In this document: one piece after another, positions 56,543 to 64,000 of the stretch
How positions within the stretch are numbered: the first letter of the stretch is position 1
Layout: each line of letters opens with the position of its first letter
From: Candidatus Bathyarchaeia archaeon
Lineage (GTDB): Archaea > Thermoproteota > Bathyarchaeia > Bathyarchaeales > Bathycorpusculaceae
Direction of reading: 5' to 3'
Assembly (NCBI GenBank): GCA_049512935.1
Contig: JBEKWR010000004.1
Coordinates: 32,001-96,000, forward strand
Length of the DNA stretch: 64,000 nt
The notes under the pieces: generated by a model
What the model was told of the DNA's origin: nothing
Seen by the model: the letters and a program-made list of their open reading frames with translations, nothing else
Database searches by the model: none
Program-made: the position numbers and the translations under genes

Positions 56543-58024
56543 ATAGGCTGCGGTATCTTCGGAGCAAAAAACTTTGAAAACCAAACGGTCTTTCCATACG
56601 TTTATTGGGGTCTCCGCGCCCAAAACCATCGAGGACACCAATCACACGGCTTCCTCACGTACGACAACAAGCAGTTTCATGTTTACAAAAGCTTGGATCT
56701 GGTTCCCCGCCTGAAAAACGAGGCTATCCACGAATGGTTCGACCGCCTGCCCGGTTCCGTAGGCATCGGCAACGTGCGTTACACCACGTCGGGCAAATGC
56801 GATGACGCCTCAATCATCGAGGGCACGCAGCCAGTAGCCGCTTCCGCAGGCGGGATAAAGATTGCGTTGTCGTTTAACGGCAACATCGTTAACACTCTGC
56901 CCCTGAAAAAGGAAATGAGCGAAAACTTCTCAGACTTCTACTTCAACTGCGACTCAGACGTGGTCTGCCACAAGCTGCTCCTCGGGCTGAAACAGGGCAA
57001 AGACCTGGCGTCTGCGGTGCGCTCTGTCATGGAAAGCCTCGACGGCGCGTTCTCCGTGACGGGCTTAACGGGCGACGGCGACTTTTTCGCCTTCAAAGAC
57101 CCGCGTGGAATAAAACCCCTCTGCGCAGGGCACGACCCCCAAGGGGCAACCTACGCTTTTTGCTCTGAAACCGTCGGGTTAGACATGAACAGTTTCGTCA
57201 GGGACTTTGAATTGAATCCTGGCGAGCTGGTCACGGCTTCAAAAGACGGCTTCAAACGCACACAAATCATCCAAAATCCCCATCCAGCCTTCTGCGCTTT
57301 CGAGTACGCCTACTTCGCGAGGCCCGACTCAAGGTTTGACGGCAAGTACGTTTATGAAATCCGCGAGGACTTCGGAAGAAACATCGTTAAAGAGTATCCA
57401 GACGTGGTGAAGGACGCTGACATCATCATGTCGGTGCCTGAGACAGGCGATGACCCAGCCATGGGCGTCCATGAGGCGTCAGGTTTACGGTGGGAACGCG
57501 CTTCAAGAAGGCACCGCTACGTAACCGAACGCGCCTTCATCCTTCTTAACACCGAGCGTTTCTCGACCATTGACAAGAAAATCAACATCTTAGGCTCCAA
57601 AGTAGACGGCAAACGCGTCATAATAACTGAGGACAGCATAGTCCGAGGCGACACCACAAAAGTAATCATAGACAAGCTCCGCAGGGCAGGAGCCAAAAAA
57701 GTCTACGTCTTCGTCACGTTCCCAAGAATCATCGGTCCATGCTTCTACGGCATCGACATGTCAACTTACGGGCAACTCGTCGGCTCAAAACACGACGCAG
57801 ACGGAATCGCCAAAATCATCGGCGCAGACGGGGTATGCTACCAGTCAATTGGAGAGCTGGTGAAAGCGACAGGTCAAACCGAAAATGAACTCTGCATGGC
57901 CTGCATCACAGGCAAGTACCCGACGCCCTGCGCTCAAAAGATGGCTGACGCCATGAAAAAGAGGTTCCTTGAAGGCTACGAGGAAAAATCAAGAATCTAC
58001 GAGACTGAGGACGTTCAGCCGTAA
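56543..58024 (+). CDS. purF: Amidophosphoribosyltransferase
   Basis: CGIFG at 56549, QNHRG, NVRYTTSG, CAFEYAYFARPDS, EDSIVRGDT, CFYGIDM; start inferred at ATA 56543. Confidence 0.93.
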   Translation: MGCGIFGAKNFENQTVFPYVYWGLRAQNHRGHQSHGFLTYDNKQFHVYKSLDLVPRLKNEAIHEWFDRLPGSVGIGNVRYTTSGKCDDASIIEGTQPVAASAGGIKIALSFNGNIVNTLPLKKEMSENFSDFYFNCDSDVVCHKLLLGLKQGKDLASAVRSVMESLDGAFSVTGLTGDGDFFAFKDPRGIKPLCAGHDPQGATYAFCSETVGLDMNSFVRDFELNPGELVTASKDGFKRTQIIQNPHPAFCAFEYAYFARPDSRFDGKYVYEIREDFGRNIVKEYPDVVKDADIIMSVPETGDDPAMGVHEASGLRWERASRRHRYVTERAFILLNTERFSTIDKKINILGSKVDGKRVIITEDSIVRGDTTKVIIDKLRRAGAKKVYVFVTFPRIIGPCFYGIDMSTYGQLVGSKHDADGIAKIIGADGVCYQSIGELVKATGQTENELCMACITGKYPTPCAQKMADAMKKRFLEGYEEKSRIYETEDVQP

Positions 58025-58084
58025 GAACGGCAGCAAAAACATTAAGCCTGCCCTTAACCTCTCGCAGTAACCTGGTGATGTCTT

Positions 58085-59500
58085 ATGGAGAAAATAGGTG
58101 TACTCGTCGTTTCCTACGGCGCAAGAGAAGTCGCGATGGCTGACGCGCTTCTGCAGAGCAAACGCTACCAAGTGGAACTCTACGTCGCCGACAAGCAGCG
58201 CAACCCCTTCAACGCGGAAAAAGCCGCAAAACATGCTGTCATACCAAGCCTTGACGTGGGAGAAATCTGCAAGTTCGCCGAAGCCTACAAGGAAAAAATC
58301 GACTTCGCCTTGGTCGGGTCAGAAAAACCCATAATCGAAGGCGTCCGAGACCAAGTTGAGAAACGCACAGGCATCCCCGTCATCTGCCCCAAGCAACAAT
58401 ATGCCATCGAAGTCAGCAAAGTTGAGCAACGCCAGCTTTTCGACGAGATTGCGCCAGAAGCGAACCCGCGCTTCAAAGTTTTCAACCCAGCCGACTACGC
58501 GAACAAATTAGACGTTAAACCTGCCGTTTACAGCTGGCTAGACGAACTTGACAATCAAGCCGTCGTGAAGCCTGATAAGCCAGCCCTTGGAAAAGGCGTA
58601 GGCGTTTGGGGCGACCACTTCGCCAACCGAGAAGAACTTTTTGAGCATTTCATGTCCAACTTCCAGTACGGCAGCGTCATAATCGAAGAAAAAATCGACG
58701 GAGAAGAATCCAGCTTTATGGCTTTCTGCGACGGCAAACACTTCGTGCCGCTGCCTGACACGCGGGACTACAAACGCGCCTTCGACGACGATCGAGGCCC
58801 AAACACGGGCGGCATGGGCTCATACAAAGACGCAGACGACAAGCTGCCCTTCTTAACGGCGGCTGAACGAGAGGCGGAGCTGGCTTTGGCGAACAAGATT
58901 TTCAACGGGTGGAGCGCCAAAATCAAAGATTACTCCGCGCTTAGGGGCGTGCCCCTGTATCTTGCCTTCATGCACACGGGGCACGGAATCAAAGTTCTCG
59001 AGAACAACAGTCGCCCAGGCGACCCAGAAATAATCAACCTTCTCGCGTTGATCCAGGACGATTTTGTCGACGTCTGCCTCAAAATGATTGAAGGAAACCT
59101 GACAAGCATCAAACTGGAAAAGGCTGCGTCTGTCTTGACCTACAAGGTGCCACTTGACTACGGCGGCTACGCAGAAGTCTTCCCGAAAAAAGCGGACAAG
59201 ACGGCGGTTAACACTCCAGTTGACCTCTCAAAAGCCTATGCGCTGACAAAGAAGTACGGCAGCCGCATCCGCATTTACCCTGGCTCAATGGAAACAAGAG
59301 ACGGCAAAAACTACGCGCTCAAATCGCGTGCGGTGGGCGTTTTAGGCATCGGCGAAAGCATCGAAGAGGCACGCAGCATAAGCCTGGAAGGAACCAAAGC
59401 CATCAGTGGCGGCGCCTTGTGGAGTCGAACAGACGTTGCCTCAAGACAGCATATCGCGAAGAGCGTAAGTCACATGGAAAACCTGAGGCGCAGCGTGTGA
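58085..59500 (+). CDS. purD: Phosphoribosylamine-glycine ligase
   Basis: GAREVAM, VVKPD...GKGV, DYKRAFDDDRGPNTGGMGS, ENNSRPGDPE. Confidence 0.93.
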   Translation: MEKIGVLVVSYGAREVAMADALLQSKRYQVELYVADKQRNPFNAEKAAKHAVIPSLDVGEICKFAEAYKEKIDFALVGSEKPIIEGVRDQVEKRTGIPVICPKQQYAIEVSKVEQRQLFDEIAPEANPRFKVFNPADYANKLDVKPAVYSWLDELDNQAVVKPDKPALGKGVGVWGDHFANREELFEHFMSNFQYGSVIIEEKIDGEESSFMAFCDGKHFVPLPDTRDYKRAFDDDRGPNTGGMGSYKDADDKLPFLTAAEREAELALANKIFNGWSAKIKDYSALRGVPLYLAFMHTGHGIKVLENNSRPGDPEIINLLALIQDDFVDVCLKMIEGNLTSIKLEKAASVLTYKVPLDYGGYAEVFPKKADKTAVNTPVDLSKAYALTKKYGSRIRIYPGSMETRDGKNYALKSRAVGVLGIGESIEEARSISLEGTKAISGGALWSRTDVASRQHIAKSVSHMENLRRSV

Positions 59501-60576
59501 AGCGCATCTTTATATCCGACTGTGAGGGACCGATCAGCAAGAACGACAACGCCTTCGAGTTAGCTTCAAACTTCATTCCCAACGGTGACAAACTTTTCGT
59601 AAACGTAAGCAGGTACGACGATGTTTTGGCGGATGTTCTGCACAAGCCCGGTTACTCTGCAGGCGCCACGTTGAAGCTCATCTTGCCCTTCTTTAAGGCG
59701 TACGGCGTCACCGACAGGCAGATGGAAGAGTACTCAGCCAACAACATAGTCCTAATCACTGACAGCCAAACAACCCTTAGGCACGTGCAATCCATTGCCG
59801 ACGCCTTCATCGTCAGCACAAGCTACGAACACTACATCAAAGCCCTCTGCAAAACCGTGAGCTTTCCTTTCAAGAACACGTACTGCACCAAAGTAAGCCT
59901 CGACAAGACCGCCATCTCCCCGCAGGAAAAAGAGCGCTTAAGAACCATAGCCCAAGAAATCGCGCTGATGCACAAAGTTGACATTCCGAAGGCGGCAAAG
60001 GCGCTTGAAGATTTTTCCGAAAGCGACCAAGCGGTCATTCAACGTTTAGACGAGATATTCTGGAGCGAAATTCCAAAGATGTTTGTCGGAAAATTCCTCG
60101 TTGACGTGGTGACGGTCGGTGGAGAACAGAAGGCTGAGGCAATCCGCGATGCGGTTCGACGTTCAGGCGCGGATTTGGCGGGTGTCATGTATGTGGGGGA
60201 CAGCATCACCGACGCGGAAGCCTTCAAACTCGTGCGTGCTAACGGCGGATTAACGGTTTCTTTTAACGGCAACGGATACGCGGTTAGGACCGCTGAAGTC
60301 GCCATATTATCGGAGAGCAGTCTCGTCACCGCCGTGGTTGCGGACTTGTTCTGCAGGTTCGGGAAAGAAAAAGCGGTAAGCACGGTTCAAGAGTGGGGTT
60401 TTGAAACGCTCAAAAACAGCGGTGTTGACTCTTCACTGCTTAAACAGCTTTCACAACTTTGCCCTGACGTGTTGCCTAAAGTTGAAATAGTGACGCCTCA
60501 AAATATGGAGGCGTTGGCAAAGGAAAGCAGCGAGTTCAGAGGGAAAGTGCGGGGAGTTGTGGGGAGGCTCGGGTAA
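59497..60576 (+). CDS. HAD-superfamily hydrolase, EhaR/COG4030-like
   Basis: FISDCEGPISKNDNAFEL, IVSTSY, YVGDSITD, SFNGNGYA; GTGA overlap with purD stop. Confidence 0.8.
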   Translation: MKRIFISDCEGPISKNDNAFELASNFIPNGDKLFVNVSRYDDVLADVLHKPGYSAGATLKLILPFFKAYGVTDRQMEEYSANNIVLITDSQTTLRHVQSIADAFIVSTSYEHYIKALCKTVSFPFKNTYCTKVSLDKTAISPQEKERLRTIAQEIALMHKVDIPKAAKALEDFSESDQAVIQRLDEIFWSEIPKMFVGKFLVDVVTVGGEQKAEAIRDAVRRSGADLAGVMYVGDSITDAEAFKLVRANGGLTVSFNGNGYAVRTAEVAILSESSLVTAVVADLFCRFGKEKAVSTVQEWGFETLKNSGVDSSLLKQLSQLCPDVLPKVEIVTPQNMEALAKESSEFRGKVRGVVGRLG

Positions 60577-60577
60577 A

Positions 60578-61486
60578 ATGGTGAAGGCGGAAATCGAGGA
60601 CACGTACGCTGAAGCTTTCACTGGACTCTTTTGCCGCGTAATCGTGACCGCCGACGACGAGGAAACCCTTCGTAAGGCTGCTGCGGATTCTACGGCAACC
60701 CCATCGGTCGTTATCGGCAGGACAGAAGGCGGAATCGAAAAGTACCTTACCCAAAAAGAAACCCCTGACCAGCGCTTAGGCGCGTTGCTTCAGTTCTGGG
60801 GCGAAATTAACCCGAAGAAAACCTTTGAGCAGTCGCTCAAGAAGTTTGAATCTGAGCTTTCCTACCGCATCCGCCAAGACATTCTTGTTAAGCCTTTCAC
60901 CGCCGTCTACGACGCCCTGCCAGACGCTGAGGGCAAACTGGACATGATGGAGACTGTTGGACACTGCGGCGACGGGTACGAGTGGATTGAAAAACGCCGT
61001 GGCAGAGAGGTCATAGTTGTCCCCTTGATGGTTCCCGACTTCGTTATTGAACGGTGTTTAGGCTACGCGCGTGGCGTTATGGGAGGCAACTTTTGGGTTA
61101 TGTGCAAAACCAAGCAAGCCATGAAACAGGCGGGAAAGAAGGCTTTAGCCGCAGTCCACACGGTGCTCGGAGTCGTGACACCTTTTGACGTTTGCTCCGC
61201 AGGCTCTAAACCCGAAACCCATTTTCCAAAGATCGGTCCAACCACCAATCACCTGTACTGCCCGTCGCTTAAGGCGCGGTTAGGCACGGAATCCCATGTT
61301 CCCGACGGCGTAGGTTACATAGCTGAAATAGTCATTGACGGGGTTTCTTTGGAAGCGGTCAAAAAAGCAACTAAAGCGGGAATCCAAGCGGTACGGGACA
61401 TTGACGGGGTCGTGAGGGTTTCCGCTGGCAATTACGGTGGCAAACTGGGCGACTACAAAATAAGTTTGCGGGAGTTGTTTCCATGA
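60578..61486 (+). CDS. Formylmethanofuran:H4MPT formyltransferase-like protein (Ftr paralog, EhaS-like)
   Basis: IEDTYAEAF, EGGIE, ETPD, GDGYE, GVMGGNF, SAGSK, PTTNH.YCP, EIVIDG, SAGNYGGKLG. Confidence 0.85.
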   Translation: MVKAEIEDTYAEAFTGLFCRVIVTADDEETLRKAAADSTATPSVVIGRTEGGIEKYLTQKETPDQRLGALLQFWGEINPKKTFEQSLKKFESELSYRIRQDILVKPFTAVYDALPDAEGKLDMMETVGHCGDGYEWIEKRRGREVIVVPLMVPDFVIERCLGYARGVMGGNFWVMCKTKQAMKQAGKKALAAVHTVLGVVTPFDVCSAGSKPETHFPKIGPTTNHLYCPSLKARLGTESHVPDGVGYIAEIVIDGVSLEAVKKATKAGIQAVRDIDGVVRVSAGNYGGKLGDYKISLRELFP

Positions 61487-62400
61487 CAAAGTTTGATGTT
61501 GTCGGCTTTGGCGCGCTTAACGTTGACATGCTCCTCAAAGTCGATAGGCTTGCAGGCGCGGAGGAAGAAAGTTTTATTGCGGATTACGCTGAGGCTTGCG
61601 GCGGCTCAGCTGCGAACACCATGGTTGGGCTGGCGAGGCTCGGGTGTAAAGTCGGGTTCATAGGAAAAGTGGCGAACGACCGTGAAGGCAAACTGCAAAT
61701 TGACTGTTTTAACAGTGAAGGCGTTGACACGGGCGGCATCATTCAGGCAAAGCATGGGAAAAGCGGTTCAGTTTTGGGCTTCGTGGACAAGAAAGGCGCA
61801 AGAGCCCTGTACATTAACCCAGGCGTTAATGACACAATTGAGCCTCGGGAAATAAATTACGGTTACACCTTGGAAACGAAATTTCTGCATTACTCATCTT
61901 TTGTTGGAGAAAAATCTCTTCGTGCGCAAAAAAAGCTCTTAGGTGCCCTGCACAGCGATGTTAAAATCAGCTTTGACCCAGGTTCAGTTTATGCACAGAA
62001 AGGTTTTGCCGCAATAGAACCGATAATTCGCAGTTCTTATGTTTTGATGCCTAACGCTGGTGAACTTGAACTTTTAACTGGAGAAGCTGATGTCCCCAGA
62101 GGCGCCGATTTGATGCTTGATGCAGGCGTCAAAATCGTCGCAGTTAAGCTCGGCGACAGGGGCTGCTACGTCACTGACGGGCAGGAACGGCTGAAAATCG
62201 AGCCTTTCAAAGTTAAAGTCGTCGACACAACCGGGGCAGGGGACGCTTTCTGCGCGGGATTCCTCTACGGCTTAATCAACGACAAAAGTCTCCAAGAATG
62301 CGGGCGACTGGGAAATTTCGTCGCTTCAAGATGCGTCATGCAGATGGGTGCGCGTGCAGGTTTGCCTTACGCTAAAGATTTAGTGGCATTTCTTGGTTAG
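61483..62400 (+). CDS. PfkB family carbohydrate/nucleoside kinase (EhaT-like)
   Basis: GGSAANT, SFDPG, KLGDRG, DTTGAGDAF; ATGA overlap with ftr-like gene. Confidence 0.9.
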   Translation: MTKFDVVGFGALNVDMLLKVDRLAGAEEESFIADYAEACGGSAANTMVGLARLGCKVGFIGKVANDREGKLQIDCFNSEGVDTGGIIQAKHGKSGSVLGFVDKKGARALYINPGVNDTIEPREINYGYTLETKFLHYSSFVGEKSLRAQKKLLGALHSDVKISFDPGSVYAQKGFAAIEPIIRSSYVLMPNAGELELLTGEADVPRGADLMLDAGVKIVAVKLGDRGCYVTDGQERLKIEPFKVKVVDTTGAGDAFCAGFLYGLINDKSLQECGRLGNFVASRCVMQMGARAGLPYAKDLVAFLG

Positions 62401-63216
62401 GTTGTCGATGATGCTTTGGAAGATTAGTTTTCCGTCGCCGTACTGCGTCATCTGCTGTTGCCTTGTCCAGTCAGGCTGCTGCCACCAGTACATCGCCCTC
62501 TCCGGGTGAGGCATAAGCCCGAAGACGTTTCCTTCCCTATTGCACAGGCCCGCGATGTCGAAGGTTGAGCCGTTCGGGTTGACTGGGTACTTGCCGTCCG
62601 CTACGTCGCCGTTTTTGTCGCAGTAGCGGAAAACCACCATGTCTTTATCAGCCAGTTCCGCAAGCAACTCCCTCTCTTTCTCTTTTGGGAAAAGCAGTCT
62701 GCCTTCCCCGTGAGCAATGGGCATCCTCAGCACTTTTCCAGCGGGGATTTTGTTTGTGAACGCGCATTTTCCACGGTTTTCATGCTTCAGGTAAACCCAC
62801 TGGCACTTGAAGCCTGCAGGTTCATTGTTGGTTAACGTGGCTTCTGGGTAAGTGCTCACGCCTTTGAAGCCTGGCAGCAAACCGTACTCAACCATTATTT
62901 GGAAGCCGTTGCATATGCCCAGAATGGGTCTGCCTTCGTCGATGAATTTTTCCATTTCCTTGCCGAGCTTGGCGCTGAGGTGCCTCGCGAAAATCACGCC
63001 TGAACGCACATAGTCGCCAAACGAGAAGCCGCCTGGAAAAACCAGAACCTGATAATCCAGCAAACTGTGAAGTTTCGCCAGTTCGTTAACCTGCAAGACG
63101 TCCGCTTGGATGCCTAGCTCCTGAAAAGCCCGCTGGGTCTCAGCGTCACAGTTGGTTCCGCCGACACGCATCACGCAAACTTTGATTTCTTCCTGCTCCA
63201 TCTTAGGAACCTCCAC
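62380..63216 (-). CDS. purQ: FGAM synthase glutaminase subunit
   Basis: GTNCD, PGGFSFGD, GICNGFQ, IAHGEG, MPHPER. Confidence 0.95.
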   Translation of the reverse strand: MEVPKMEQEEIKVCVMRVGGTNCDAETQRAFQELGIQADVLQVNELAKLHSLLDYQVLVFPGGFSFGDYVRSGVIFARHLSAKLGKEMEKFIDEGRPILGICNGFQIMVEYGLLPGFKGVSTYPEATLTNNEPAGFKCQWVYLKHENRGKCAFTNKIPAGKVLRMPIAHGEGRLLFPKEKERELLAELADKDMVVFRYCDKNGDVADGKYPVNPNGSTFDIAGLCNREGNVFGLMPHPERAMYWWQQPDWTRQQQMTQYGDGKLIFQSIIDNLTKKCH

Positions 63217-64000
63217 TCAACGTTTTCTTCCAGCTGCCCCGCAGCTCTGCAAGCGAAGCGTCGACAGCGATTTTTCCTTTTAACCCGTTAATGACTAGAC
63301 GTTGGTCTTCGGTTACCCTGCCAATTTGGGCGCAGGGCTTGCCTTTCATTAGAAGTTCAAAGTCCCGCTTATCCTGCTCTGGCACTTCCAGCAGGAAACG
63401 GCTGTTCGACTCGGAAAACAACACAAAATCATCGCGCTCCACTCCTTTAGCGGGCACTTTGCATAAATCCAGCTGCAAACCGTAGCCGCCAGCAAACGCC
63501 ATCTCCGCCGCCGCCACCGCCAACCCTCCTTCCGAGAGGTCGTGGCATGACCTGATTAAGCCCGAGTCTATGGCTTTAGTTACTGTTCTGAACGTGCGTT
63601 TGGCTTTGGCGCCTTTAACTTTTGGAACGCTTGCGCCCAAGTAGCCTTTAAGCCTGTAGTATTCTGAACCGCCAAGCTCGCTGAAGGTTTCGCCAGCGAC
63701 GTAGAGCAGGTTGCCTGGCGCTTTCAAATCCATCGAAGTGACAAATTGGATGTTTGGAATTATGCCCACAGCGGTTATCAGCAGTGTCGGCGTGACTGGT
63801 CCCATCGGAGACTCGTTGTAGAGGCTGTCTTTTCCCGAGATAAACGGCGTCTTGAACGCCACGGCAAAGTCGTAGCATGCTTGGCAGGCTCTCACCAAAG
63901 TGCCTAGACGCTCTGGCTTCTCAGGGTTGCCCCATGTGAAGTTGTCCAGCAGCGCTATTCTTCTTCCGCCCACGGAGATGTTGTTGCGTACCGCTTCGTC
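63203..64000 (-). CDS. purL: FGAM synthase synthetase subunit, C-terminal part (runs off window)
   Basis: LDNFTWGNPE, PFISGKDSLYN, HDLSEGGL, FSESNSR. Confidence 0.93.
   Translation of the reverse strand, partial: DEAVRNNISVGGRRIALLDNFTWGNPEKPERLGTLVRACQACYDFAVAFKTPFISGKDSLYNESPMGPVTPTLLITAVGIIPNIQFVTSMDLKAPGNLLYVAGETFSELGGSEYYRLKGYLGASVPKVKGAKAKRTFRTVTKAIDSGLIRSCHDLSEGGLAVAAAEMAFAGGYGLQLDLCKVPAKGVERDDFVLFSESNSRFLLEVPEQDKRDFELLMKGKPCAQIGRVTEDQRLVINGLKGKIAVDASLAELRGSWKKTLSGGS

Noticed and set aside
2356-63878. Numerous antisense or alternate-frame ORFs in the track
   Set aside because: Shadow ORFs overlapping well-supported genes

Overview
Archaeal chromosomal window, most consistent with Bathyarchaeia (inferred from TACK-type information genes, a complete CODH/ACS operon and an Ftr-like gene). 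It contains a replication/translation supercluster (taw1, csl4, rpoL, TFS, PCNA, priL, priS, GINS51, L44e, S27e, aIF2a, nop10, PAC2, MCM, GINS23, RFC), gdh, a bactofilin-like/ABC operon, a visibly AT-richer ~9.7 kb enzyme island, cooC-cooC-cdhABCDE, and purine genes. Top observations: (1) an EhaR/EhaS/EhaT-like triad (HAD phosphatase, Ftr-like formyltransferase, PfkB kinase) is translationally coupled behind purF-purD where purN/purT would be expected, suggesting an H4MPT-dependent route for a purine formylation step; (2) up to five cargo modules are each bracketed by a degenerate direct duplication of a neighbouring gene end, with no integrase in the window; (3) a ~180-bp element with phased AAAGTCGCA motifs occurs twice, inverted, upstream of core operons; (4) a candidate structured ncRNA lies upstream of csl4; (5) purF has no canonical start codon. 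All calls come from reading motifs by eye; no searches were run.
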